Shown one piece after another: positions 49,367 to 60,898 of a DNA stretch of 64,000 nt. Within the stretch, counting starts at the first letter, position 1; every line of letters begins with the position of its first letter. The DNA lies in the NCBI GenBank assembly GCA_964019425.1, contig OZ025780.1:1426001-1490000 (forward strand). The letters run 5' to 3'. Below the pieces are notes generated by a model that was given only the letters and a program-made list of their open reading frames with translations, was not told where the DNA came from and did not search any database. The translations under genes and the position numbers were made by a program. This DNA comes from Flectonema sp. DT1601. Taxonomy: Eukaryota.

Positions 49367-52090
49367 CTATTTAACACACTCAACCTTATGATACGGCCAA
49401 TGTTTTAGTCTGCATTCATCACAGCAGTATGATGCATTTTGACAACAGCAATAAATCGAAAATATCGGTGAGGTCGGTTTCGTACAATTACCACAAAACC
49501 GAAGTGGTTGGGAACGGCAGTGCAACAGACGGAGAGCGCGGCTGATAATTTCAGACTGCGGGAGATGTTTGACATCGATTCCTTTTAACTCTAAAGCCTC
49601 AAGTAATGACATTACTGCTTGTTCTTCAACTAAGTATGGATCCACTACTGTTGTGAAGTCTGTATGTGGAATAGGATCAAGTGATTCCCAACTATCTTGA
49701 ATAGAATTATATCTTCTACTTTCCTTAACTTCCACAGGTAGTCCACTTGCAATAATATTTGTGTGAAGTTTATCTGCTGGTGGAGAAACCGGCATGGGTG
49801 ACAACCTTCCTATTGGATCCTCACTAACAAAAGAGACTTGTTGCTGTTGCTGTTGTTGTTGTTGTTGCTGCAGTGGAGGTGGAGGGTAATTCCATGCATC
49901 ATAAGCCATTGATGGAGATCGTTCTTGGAGTCTTGGATCTGAAGGACTTCTACCAGTCCTGGTCACTACGGGATGTAATTCACAGTTGTCGTTTGCTATT
50001 TGGACGACATTTTTTGAAGCGCGTCCGCGGTTAGTTAATCTGATGATTAGTAAACTTCCGAGTGCGAGAATTCCACCAATCCCAGCGATACCTAACCAGA
50101 GAGTAACAGACGAGTAATCATTAGATTTATTAACAGTCGGTTCTGGAGTAGGTAAAGCTGTCGGCACCGCAACTGGAGACTCACTCGGCAATGCAGTTTC
50201 TTGAACCGGCACATGAGTTGGGTGCGGAGTTGCAGGTGGATGTGTATTTTCCCGAGGGAACATAGCTCTGAATGATGAATTTTCATCAGTTATGAATTTC
50301 TGAACGACGTGATACAAATCAAGAGCACTATCTCCTCCTTCAAACTGAGCAATAAAAGTAATAATCGTATCGCAAACATCTAAAAAACACTTTCCCTCAA
50401 TCTCAATCAACCCACCCTTAAAATCATCAGTACTCTGAGGACATGAGTAATCAACTTTTGTGCGAACGCTGTGGCATCCCACACCTGGATTTCCGGCGTC
50501 TGCTAAACAACCGTACTCTAAGACAACACTAGTGACTGAAATGTCTGGGGAAGTTATTTGATTTCTTAGTGATTGCAACAATAAATCACATGCTACTTCA
50601 TACCTAAATAAAGTAACCACTCCAATAGATACCGAACTCGGTTGATAACTAATCTTATCAGGAGTAAGCGTCTCAGGTACTTGCGTACTCACAGGACTTG
50701 AAGTGTTCGGAGCAGCTGATGGGCCGTTGGTCTCGTCAAGTATCGTTTTTGTTTTTGTTAATTGAAAATCCGGATTAGGAATTTTTGATATCGACAGAGT
50801 ATTTGAAACAGTTAAAATAACATCCTCTTGACTTGTCTGAGTATTAGTAACACTGAGTGACTCAACAACAGTACTTGATTTAGAAACAGTTTCTGAAGTC
50901 GTATTATCATTCGATAAAATATCTGATGTTGGCGTCTGTCGATTCATTGACTCCGATATCGATAAGGTTTCTGAAATTGATGAATTCTCGCCAACAGTAC
51001 TCATCTCAGTCTCTGTATCATAAGATGTTGTTTGTGTTACTGACCAGCTATCAGTACTGACCTCTGAATTTTTTATAGTTGAGCTCACAGAAGTAGTGAC
51101 GGAGTTAGAGTCATCGGTTGCTGTTGTTTGTTTTGGCGTTGTTACTGTTGCTGTTGTCGTTGGTGCTGTTGTTGCTGTCGTTGTTAGTGTTGGTGTTGTT
51201 GTCGTTATTAGTGGTGGTGTTGCTGTCGTTGTTGCTGTTGTCGCTGGTGCTATTGTTGCAGTCGTTGTTAGTGTTGGTGTTGCGGTTGCTGTCGTTGTTG
51301 GTGCTGTTGTTGTTAGTGTTGGTGTTGCTGTTGCTGTCGTTGTTGCTGTTGTCGCTGGTGCTGTTGTTGCTGTCGTTGTTAGTGTTGGTGTTGCTGTTGC
51401 TGTCGTTGTTGCTATTGTTGCTGCTGTCGTTGTTGCTGGTGTTGCTGCTGTCGTTGTTAGTGTTGGTGTAGCTGTTGTTGTTAGTGTTGGTGTAGCTGTT
51501 GTTGTTAGTGTTGGTGTAGCTGTTGTTGTTAGTGTTGGTGTAGCTGTTGTTGTTAGTGTTGGTGTTGCTGTCGTTGTTAGTGTTGGTGTAGCTGTTGTTG
51601 TTAGTGTTGGTGTAGCTGTTGTTGTTAGTGTTGGTGTTGCTGTCGTTGTTAGTGTTGGTGTAGCTGTTGTTGTTAGTGTTGGTGTAGCTGTTGTTGTTAG
51701 TGTTGGTGTTGCTGTCGTTGCTGGTGCTGCTGTCGTTGTTAGTGTTGGTGTTGCTGTCGTTGCTGATGCTGCTGTCGTTGTTAGTGTTAGTGTTGCTGTT
51801 GCTGTCGTTGTTGCTGGTGTTGCTGCTGTCGTTGTTGCTAGTGTTGCTGCTGTCGTTGTTAGTGTTGGTGTTGCTGTTGCTGTCGTTGTTGCTGGTGTTG
51901 CTGTTGTCGTTGTTGTTAGTGTTGCTGTTGTCGTTGGTGCTGTTGTTGCTGTTTTATTTCTTCTTGAGCCTGACTGCGCCATTGAACTCATTGTTACACT
52001 CTCCGTAATTGTTAATGTGGTAGTGTAATCAGCAATGACCATCACAACCATCGCCATCACTATCACTAAATACGATATCTTACACGACAT
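49367..52090 (-). CDS. Mucin-like single-pass membrane protein with a C-terminal MYND-type zinc finger
   Basis: Signal peptide; Thr-rich TPTLTTTA repeats; Cys-containing juxtamembrane domain; TM VTLWLGIAGIGGILALGSLLII; poly-Q; CGNC...CCCQNASYCCDECRLKHWPYHKVEC. Confidence 0.88.
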   Translation of the reverse strand: MSCKISYLVIVMAMVVMVIADYTTTLTITESVTMSSMAQSGSRRNKTATTAPTTTATLTTTTTATPATTTATATPTLTTTAATLATTTAATPATTTATATLTLTTTAASATTATPTLTTTAAPATTATPTLTTTATPTLTTTATPTLTTTATPTLTTTATPTLTTTATPTLTTTATPTLTTTATPTLTTTATPTLTTTATPTLTTTATPTLTTTAATPATTTAATIATTTATATPTLTTTATTAPATTATTTATATPTLTTTAPTTTATATPTLTTTATIAPATTATTTATPPLITTTTPTLTTTATTAPTTTATVTTPKQTTATDDSNSVTTSVSSTIKNSEVSTDSWSVTQTTSYDTETEMSTVGENSSISETLSISESMNRQTPTSDILSNDNTTSETVSKSSTVVESLSVTNTQTSQEDVILTVSNTLSISKIPNPDFQLTKTKTILDETNGPSAAPNTSSPVSTQVPETLTPDKISYQPSSVSIGVVTLFRYEVACDLLLQSLRNQITSPDISVTSVVLEYGCLADAGNPGVGCHSVRTKVDYSCPQSTDDFKGGLIEIEGKCFLDVCDTIITFIAQFEGGDSALDLYHVVQKFITDENSSFRAMFPRENTHPPATPHPTHVPVQETALPSESPVAVPTALPTPEPTVNKSNDYSSVTLWLGIAGIGGILALGSLLIIRLTNRGRASKNVVQIANDNCELHPVVTRTGRSPSDPRLQERSPSMAYDAWNYPPPPLQQQQQQQQQQQVSFVSEDPIGRLSPMPVSPPADKLHTNIIASGLPVEVKESRRYNSIQDSWESLDPIPHTDFTTVVDPYLVEEQAVMSLLEALELKGIDVKHLPQSEIISRALRLLHCRSQPLRFCGNCTKPTSPIFSIYCCCQNASYCCDECRLKHWPYHKVECVK
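51120..51950. repeat. Coding minisatellite; 24-nt core unit (gttagtgttggtgtagctgttgtt) encoding TPTLTTTA
   Basis: About ten near-identical tandem copies at ~51455-51710, with degenerate copies on both sides. Confidence 0.95.
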
Positions 52091-52643
52091 TGTTATTAAT
52101 ACGCTAACTAGTCATTAGTAGCAATTTATTTCCGCTGTAACAGTTTCCTGTTGTTTTGTCTTAAATAAAAAAAATACGAAAATAAATAAAGAAAGCAGTT
52201 TTTTTGGCAGCAGTGGTGTTCTTTTTATTTTTTGTTTTTTTTCAAACAAAGTAGCTAATCGGACACATTAAATGCAGTCTTTCAGAAAGACTACCTCTGT
52301 TCTGGTGAAGAAAATAAAATAAAGGGAGCTTATTATAATTTCACTACGAAATCACTTTGTAGCAGTAGCACGAAATCAGAAGACAGGCAGCTGACTGCAT
52401 ATGTTATTTGTAGGTTGGTTAAAAAAAAGAGGAAAGAGAAAGAGAAACAAAAAACAAATCTCTCTCTTTTTTTTTTCTTTTCTTTTTTTTTTTGTACCGA
52501 CGTAGTCGGAGAAGAAACTATTCAGATTGAAAGCCGTTACTTCTTGTAGTCATCCCCGTGAGACAGGATTCTGTCTGCGTTCAACGAAATACAAGGCTAA
52601 TCTGAACGGTTTTGTTTACAATTTAATCAAGGGGTAGATCTGG

Positions 52644-52679
<36 letters not shown>

Positions 52680-52797
52680 TTAAATTAATAATTTGAAGAA
52701 CTATCTGTTGGTAAAAATAAATAAATAAATAAAAATACTTTATAGTGTTTTAGAAGTCCCTAAGTTGGTTAATAATGTTTGTTGATTGTGTTTGTAC

Positions 52798-55176
52798 CTA
52801 CATAGTGAACTTTGTTGGACCTCTCTTGTTCCTCGGAAGGGTTTTCGCAAAACAGGTGTGTCCCTTAATCAAAGGTTTCATAACATCATAAAACTGATCT
52901 GATCTTGTTAGTTTTTGTTTCAGAGCAAGCTCTCTTTGATCTCTACCAATTTGTTTTTCAAACACAATACAACCTCTACTCGTTACTTTATTAGGATCAA
53001 TAGGAGAGTAAACCTTATCTAATGGTTTAGTCACCTGCCATGCTCCGAAAGATTGAGCACGCGATGTTGTTTTTAACATATCTGGAGCAGTGTCGTGTCG
53101 TACTCGGATACCCTCATCAGATGGGTTGCAATCTGTTTCGTTACTTTTGTCAATTAAAAAGTTATTTCCGTGACCACTCGTCCAATCAACATGAGCCGAT
53201 ATGGACTTCTTATAACGTAGAGAGTACCCAGGGTTGTAGTCGAGGTTTATGTTATCATTTTTATGTAAAAAATCTGGTCTGGGTAATTGCGTATCGTAAT
53301 TAACCGCCCCTGGAATCTGAGGAGACGTTGCCGCATGAGATATGTTAAGACGTGATCTGTTGTCAGGTATCGAATAGCTCTTACTATGAGATTGACTTTT
53401 GGAAAAATCGACAACAGTTGGTCGCTTATAAGTCGACAGATGTTTATCATCCGCGTTGTATGCCGCACCATAAGATCCTATATTTAGTTGAACAGAATCT
53501 CTACTTGTAGAATAATTAAATAATGGAACAGACACATGTTCATCTGTTGTTATTTGATAAACTACATCAGGTGCGTTACCTGATTTATGAACATCAAACC
53601 CCTTTCCGTGTTGACCCCATCGTGCTTGTTGTTTTGTCATATTAATACTACCCGTCGTGGATGACGATACCAAGTGACAGTTGTACGGCCAATAAGTGTC
53701 AGGTGTTGCTGCTCGTGCCATACTCTTTCGTTCGGTTGATACAAAGGCTGATGAAGGACGAGAATTATTTGCGTTCTGTGCCTGTTGCATTCTATGAATC
53801 CACTTCTTGTATTCGTGAGGATGATGTCGATCAACTGCTCCAAACTCATCTTTTCCATCAGTAGCACCACCCAACATTGAAAGAGGATTTGGTTCTCCGC
53901 CAATCCCAAGTCCATCCACCGCCACTGTTTTATTATTTTCAACACCTTCTCCATTTATACTTCCCCGCATTGCCGGGGCCGCAGAATGCGGTCTCCGATT
54001 CTTCTTAGCCTGCGGGCGAGTAGTATGAGCGTCCTTATTCCAGTCAGGTGGCTGTTTTTTTTTTAATTAACATCTAAACTGGAGTGGAAAGAAACACAAG
54101 TAGAAGTCTGCACAAACTTCTGCTGACTTCAAAAAGTTAAAACCAACATAAGTAAGTTAGTTTAACTGCATAATTTCACTCAACAGCGTGGAGAACTAGT
54201 AGTAGTAGTTAGTATTAAAGGTTATCAGTCAAAAGAAAGGGAGAGGGCGGAAAAATTCAATCGAATGCAAAAGTTAGCAGAACTAAATATGTATCAGATT
54301 TCTCAAAAATGACACCAAACGCAATCACCACATGAAAAGGTTAATCAGGGATAATAGTAAGGACAAGTGGTTCATAATTTATTACCAAACAAGAAGGTGA
54401 TATGAAAACACACTAAATATAAAATATGATACCTTGACTGGTGATCTCTGTACACAGGTATAACGAGGATTATATTGACCTATGCAGGGCTTGGTATCAG
54501 ACATGTAGTCGGGAAGATAACGAGAGGATTTTGATAAGTAAAAAGTCGATGGTTTTGGATCAGATGTTTCCTTAGCTTCACATGCTACTTGATCTTCAAG
54601 AACTGCTAACATTCGCTGTTCTGCTAACTCTGGTGAGATGTCAGTGTCGGGGCTTATTGAAGGTGACAGACCAGGTGATGAAACACCGTCAGATGAGAAT
54701 GTCAGTTGCTGCTGTTGTTGTTGTCGTATTGCGGCTCGGTGACGGGATGACCATGGTCGACGTACACAATATTTTTCATATTTCTTATCGACAGGGTCAG
54801 CTTCAGGTCTTAAAAGTAATTCACCACCTTCATCATATTTTATATCCATAGTCTTGTTAAATGTTGAACACTTGGTTACCTTTCTATCGTTTACTATTTT
54901 CATAGAAAAATCAACATTCTCTCGAGGTGATGACAACAACTCTTCACTTCGTCCTTTATCGAATGCCTCTCCAGTGCCAAATGCATCCAAGTCGAGGTTT
55001 ATTGGTATGCCTGGGATACTTCTTTCCAATGATTTCTTTTTCTTTTTTTTCTTCTTCACTCCAACTATGTTTGATTTAGCAAATTGTCGAGTTCCGATTG
55101 AAATCTCACTCATATATCCTGCCTTTGATATACTCTGCGGGGGTATAATATTAATATATCGATCATCTGGTAACAT
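52798..55176 (-). CDS. Hypothetical ~665-aa protein with SHIPPO/ODF3-like P-G-x-Y-x-P motifs, possibly axonemal (381-nt intron 54052-54432)
   Basis: The intron gtatca...aaaaaaaaaacag joins ...RSPVK|PPDWNKD... in frame with ORF 52798..53970; recurring PCIGQYNP, LDYNPGY, DKVYSP and DQFYDV motifs. The family call is weak. Confidence 0.65.
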
Positions 55177-56460
55177 TTAAACCTGTAGAATATATAGTAT
55201 GAAATAGTTTAAAATAATGATGTTGTTTGTTGATAATAATTGAGAAAAGGAAGGCTTGGTATGGCCTCTCTCTGATTGTGTGTTCTGAAGGAGGGGAAAT
55301 ATAACTTTATTAAATATTTTTGAATCTAAAAAAAATAAAACTCAATAATCAAGAAAAGAGGACAGAATGAATAAGTATCTACGGGATGACCCACGCAAAC
55401 GCTTACTTACTTTGCTTCCTTTCTTTGTATCTCAACAACGAGAGAACCGGGGTTACCTTTTTTTTTTTTTTTTTTTTTAAAATTCCTTCTTCTTTTGTAA
55501 TTTAGTTGGTGTACGTTGTGTTTGGTTTTGTCTTTTCTTTCTTTATTTCCCCACTCGAACTCAGTTGGGGGGGAGAGAGAGGAGAGAGAGAGAGAGGGTA
55601 GGAAAAGTAATCAATGAAGAATACTATAGCCCAGCACCGTACAGGTCGACACCCATTCAGCACCACACCTTCTGTTACAATTTTATATCTTTCGGCGGCT
55701 CTCTTTTTTTTTTTCCATTTCTTTTTTTTTTTTTCCTTCTCCTTTTTTTGTTTGACCCTTGCCTTTTGTTTTTTTCCTATACCAATGGCAAAAAGAAACT
55801 GGTGTAAGGGAGAAAAAAAAGGGGAAAAAAGTCTTAACAAGGAGGTTGGTGTCGATCGCGGGGGGAAGTTGGGAAATGGATTTGGAAGGAAGTCCCTTGA
55901 AACTTTACGCAAAAACACGTTTTAAAAAAAATGTTTTCTTTTTTTTTTTTAATAACTTTTTTTGTTTTTTTTTTTATTTTCTCTTTTAATTTTTTTTATT
56001 TTTATATCTTTTTTTTTTTTTTTCCCCATTTTTGTCCCTACTCCCTTCCTACCCAGGGTTTTTTTTTTTGAGTTGAGTTTATTTTTTTGGTTTCTTGGTT
56101 CTTGTTCTTGTCTCCCGACAGTAAAAGTCAAGGGACTCCAAACACATCGACTGATATAATAGAAAATTCTTCGATTTTACTGCTAATTCAACGCACGGGG
56201 TGAAACTTTGACAATGTAAAAAACACTCACTCGACGCATGGGGGGCACAATTAACACGGCTGCACAAGCATAACCAATACAAGGAAGCAACGAACCAGGG
56301 GAAAAAATAACTCAGACAAATAATGCAGTCCGGTAGTGACACTGTCTCTGGGTGTTGCTTTTGAGGGTGTTTTTCTTCTTCTTCTTTTTTTTTTTTTTGA
56401 TACAGTAAAAAAAAAAAAAAGAGAAAATGGGAATAGGAATCACCAAAGGCTTACTCAAAC

Positions 56461-57954
56461 CTATGCGGCAAGGGCTTTCTTGACATTGCCTGCCAATGTG
56501 TCCATGAATTCGGTGGTATTTTGATAGTTTTCACGCTTCATCTTGGCACCGTGGATGAGGAGGGCAAGATCCTTAGTCATGTGACCTTCCTCAACAGTCT
56601 TAACAATAATCTTGTCAAGAGTGTCGGCAAAGTGAACGGCTTCACTGTTTCCATCTAACTTTCCTCTGTGACGGATACCACCAGTCCAAGCGTAGATGGA
56701 CGCGATAGGGTTGGTTGAGGTTTCCTCACCCTTTTGCCACTGACGGTAATGTCTAGTTACGGTACCGTGAGCTGCTTCCGCCTCAACAGTCTTACCATCT
56801 GGGCACATCAATACTGAAGTCATGAGACCAAGTGATCCAAATCCTTGAGCAACGATATCAGACTGAACATCTCCATCGTAGTTCTTGCATGCCCATACAA
56901 TACCTCCACTTCCCTTTAGTACTTGTGCTACCTGATCATCAATTAGACGATGTTCATACCAGAGACCTGCGTCTTCAAACTTCGTTTTGTATTCAGCCGC
57001 AAAGATGTCCTCAAAGACCTGCATGAACATTCCATCGTACACTTTAAGAATTGTATTCTTTGTTGATAACTGACATGGGTATCCCTTCATTAGAGAATAT
57101 TCGAATGAGGCTCTGGCAAAGTCCACAATCGACTGCTTATAGTTATACATTCCCATTGCGACACCACCATCGTCTCCGTATTCAGCGATTGGAACGGTCT
57201 GGGGTTCTGTTTTTTTATGTTTTTTTTTTTTAATTCTTTTTTGACTTTAAAACCCACGTCATAAAGTTCTATTCAATACATACCTGATCCATCCTTTGGA
57301 GTGAATGTCATGGTGACCTTACCGGCCTTGTCAAACGCCAAGTCAGTTGCTTTGTATTGGTCACCGTGAGCGTGTCTTCCAATAACAATCGGCTTAGTCC
57401 ATCCAGGGACCAATCTTGGAATATTTCTGATGATGATTGGTTCACGGAAGACAGTACCTCCGAGGATGTTTCTAATAGTTCCGTTTGGAGATTTCCACAT
57501 CTTTTTTAATTTGAATTCCTCAACACGAGCCTCATCCGGAGTGATTGTCGCACATTTAACACCAACCTGATGCTTAAGCATGGCATAGGCAGAGTCAAAT
57601 GTCACCTTGTCGTCAGTTTCGTCTCTGTGTTCAATTCCCAAATCGTAGTACTCCAACGGAACGTCAACGAATGGATGTATTAATTTGTCTTTTATGTCCT
57701 GCCAGCTGTTTTATTATTGTAATGATAGGGAAGTTATTAGTTTGGCGGGGGAAAAAGAAAACTGTGAGCTCTTTTAAATGCATAAGGTACCTTTAAACTC
57801 ATATTTAAGAAGAACAGGATACATACATAATACGGGTCATCTCGTCACCATCAAGCTCAACGACGGTATTTTTAATTTTAATTCTTTCGTGAGTGACGGC
57901 GGTTTGGGAGAAGGCTCTTCTCCCGCTGGTGACGCTCTTCCGTAATTGTTGCAT
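56461..57954 (-). CDS. IDH: NADP-dependent isocitrate dehydrogenase, probably mitochondrial (3 exons; introns 57706-57826 and 57207-57283)
   Basis: [67 protein letters not shown]; Arg/Ser-rich presequence [16 protein letters not shown]. Confidence 0.97.
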
Positions 57955-58837
57955 TTTTTTTTTGTTTTGGTGATAACAGACCTGAGGAGGTAATGAGTAC
58001 GTTGTTGTCAGTAATTATTAATTATAGTCTCAATTACGATAGCCTGCCTTCACTGACCACACAGATCTACACAATACATACAGTGGTGATAAGACTGTAT
58101 TCTCAATCTGTATTTCTGAGCTGGTGACAGTCTTTTTGATCCGGTACCTGAAGGTATTATAAAGTTTTTTTCCTGTTTGAAGGAGAATATTATGAGTTGT
58201 CGGAATCCGACGATACCAGGCTCAATCCATCACTGGTTTCATTATTCATTCTTTGTTCTTTTAGACTTTTCCCATTGTTAACACACATGGATCAGAAAGC
58301 TTTCCACTACTACAATAAAGAATTGCCAGAATACGTTTTTTCAACAGAAAACTTAAACAGGGTCCCCGGTTTTTATGTTTCATATTTTCCCTCAGGTTTG
58401 ATTCTTTCTATTATGTGACTCAGGGTTTATTTTAGGGAAGTGAGTTAGTTCACTTTGGCAAAAACCCAAGATTGAACAGGCCAGGATCTAAGACGGTTAC
58501 TGTTAAAAATAAAAATAGATTCTTAAAGAGACATTGTTCTGGACAGTCTGTAAAACCCACAATACTATCGGAAGCCGAGTTAATTCGTACCATTCCACAT
58601 GTCGAGGCAGCCATGGATCCGAACTCGGTGATCATGGAGGAGATGAGAAGTGCATGCGCGCAATCGCCAAGAGCAACGTTAGGCGAAGTGGGCACGTTCT
58701 GCGATCCGAGTGTGAAGATGTCGATGGAAGTGATGAGAGAGAACGCATTGGTGTTAATCGGAAGAGAGGCGGTGTATTTGATGTGACGAGTGGGTGAGAC
58801 AGAGTGGAATTGGTATTGCGGCCTACTTTCTATTGAA

Positions 58838-59604
58838 TCTGGGGAGTAACTTGATACTAATATTAAATGGAAAGCAACTTGAAACTGGCAAAAACGAGGG
58901 GGATTCAAAATGTCAAAGTAACACTGTCTAGAACATCTAGCTTGTTAAAAGGGGTATACCAACATATTGGTTACTGCGATAGCTCATAAAGTACACAACT
59001 GTAAGAAAAAAAGAATTTAATCGAAAAATGCGTGGTTACACTGAAGATAATCTGGCAGATGAAGAATCCGCTCAGAGAGTTCTCAAGAAGGTGAAATACT
59101 GTGGGTATTTTTACATTATTACCAGGAAATTGGGGCTACCGTGGGCTTTTTTATATTATTACCAGTATTGGGGATTTTTTGGGTTCCAAAGATAAAAACT
59201 TCTTTTCTTTTTTTTGGATGTGCGAACCTAGACCCAAAAGAGGAAAGGCCAAAAAGCCTAATACAGGGAATGAAAACAGAGGTAACTATGTTGTAAAATA
59301 AAGTTGTTATAAACAGAGAAAATTAAAATAAACAGAGAGAAAGAACAACAGAAAGGATGCCCCAAAAGATTCAAGGCCAAAAAAAGCCTGAAACAGTGAA
59401 TAAAAACAGAGGTGACTTGGTTGTAAAATAAAGTTGTTCAGAAAGATAAAAATGGGCAACTTGAAATAAGCCCCATACCCACTATAACCTAGCCATCGTT
59501 TTCATTTTGGCATGCTTAGGCAAAGGAAAAACAAGTTTAATTTAGAAAAACAAAAAAATGAATAACTTTGCGCGAGCGAAGCGAGCCTGGACGGGTATCT
59601 CTAG
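58838..59604 (+). mobile_element. Putative non-autonomous Helitron-like element
   Basis: Ends with the hairpin GCGAGCGAAGCGAGC (59572-59586) followed by CTAG|T (59601-59605). Candidate start A|TC at 58838 coincides with the start of the dispersed repeat. Internal ~77-nt duplication (59233-59308, 59361-59438). Confidence 0.5.
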
Positions 59605-59652
59605 TTCGGGTTAGGCAGTATGCATGTCATGTTTGCTCTATTAGTCACTACT

Positions 59653-60898
59653 TTAATTTTCTTCTGTTTCTTCCATCTCAAAACCATCAAGATTTTGCTC
59701 GATGTTTACAATGACACTGTCACCTACTTGCATGTTTTGTATATTGCGGTTATGCCGTTCAACCAGATGTTTCACAAAATCCTTTGGTTTTGTATGAGTT
59801 ATTGTGACTGCAATGACACGTGAATCAATAGCCGACAGCGTCGGAGAGCGTAAGTACGAAAAGTACTGGGTTGCAAGCTCTGGTGTCTTGAAATAAAGCT
59901 GCAAGGTTACAGGGTAACGTTGATCATCGTTTTTTTGGAATTTCGTTTGTTCACTGGTAACAGACAACAGGATAAGTTTATCATACATCGAGCGTAGGTC
60001 TCCATTCATGAAAAGGCGGTTTGCAGGATCGGTGTCGGCAGAGGCCTGATTTCCTTTGCACGCTCTCTTCTCCAATATGTGACATGAAACGACTGCGTAA
60101 AACCGATCGTTAGTGTGGTTCATCAGCGATTCGTATTTGACCTGTTCCTTGGTTACCCTGGTGTGTGAGGGGATACTCGCCTCTGTTACTGGACAGCTCC
60201 ACTTCGGTATGCTCGGATCGTCGTAATCTCTCTCCTTCACCCTTTGATTGAAGTCGAAATTAAAATCTTCAGGAGCTTCTTGAAGGTCAAAACGAACAGG
60301 GTTCACCTCATTCAGATCACTCTGTTCGATGCTTTTCCCACTTGTTGCACATGTCCACTGCCCTCTCCCGGGTTTTGAAGTAGAGTTCAACAACAAGGCT
60401 GCTGTTGCTTGTCAATTGGCCTTCAGGTGCTAAATCGCTTATTCCAGTCTTTTCATATTCACACTTCATTGAATATCCCTGCAAGTTTGCGGCATATTTA
60501 TAGAGATTTCCCTTGTACTTCCAGTAGCTGAAACCATTTGGCACAGTACCCTTTAACATAAACTCCCTTGAAGATGTGTTCGCCCTCCTAGCTTGTTCAT
60601 TATTTGCACTCTCTCGGTAACTTGCTTCTCGGTATTCGAGTTTCTTGATGCTAGCCTCCAGTTTCTCAGCTTGAGCCGTAATCCATCTATAATATTCTTC
60701 ACCCTGAAGACCCTTTTCGAGTAATCTTCCTATGGCTTCATATTTTCTCTCCAACTTCTTCCTCTCATCTTTGATCTGCTCGTCTATGCGGGCAACCAGA
60801 TCCCACCACTGCCCTCTCTTCACTTGATTAGACTCACCTTCCAAACTGTCTTCGTTGTTTCGTAGTGTTTTCAAGGATGACCCAGGTGAAAGTGGCAT
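59653..60898 (-). pseudogene. Crinkler (CRN)-like effector with HNH-type nuclease domain, split by a 1-nt frameshift at ~60335
   Basis: Overlapping ORFs 60317..60937 and 59653..60396 fuse if one A of TGG GAA AAG CAT is removed (KWE|SIEQSD). N-terminal coiled coil; FMLKGTVPNG..LYKYAA..VELYFKT module; SCHIL...DPANRLFMNGDLRSMYD HNH-like motif. Confidence 0.6.

Noticed and set aside
51096..52028. Plus-strand ORFs of 310, 117 and 105 aa made of Val/Ala/Leu
   Set aside because: Antisense shadows of the Thr-rich mucin minisatellite.
58450..58908. Three overlapping ORFs (152, 104 and 87 aa) on both strands
   Set aside because: No recognisable motif and no way to choose a frame; may be a degraded element fragment, so it is not called as a gene.
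60325..60345. Programmed ribosomal frameshift in the CRN-like gene (GGGAAAA)
   Set aside because: The join needs a +1 shift and the heptamer is not in the X XXY YYZ register for -1 slippage; an indel or sequencing error is simpler.
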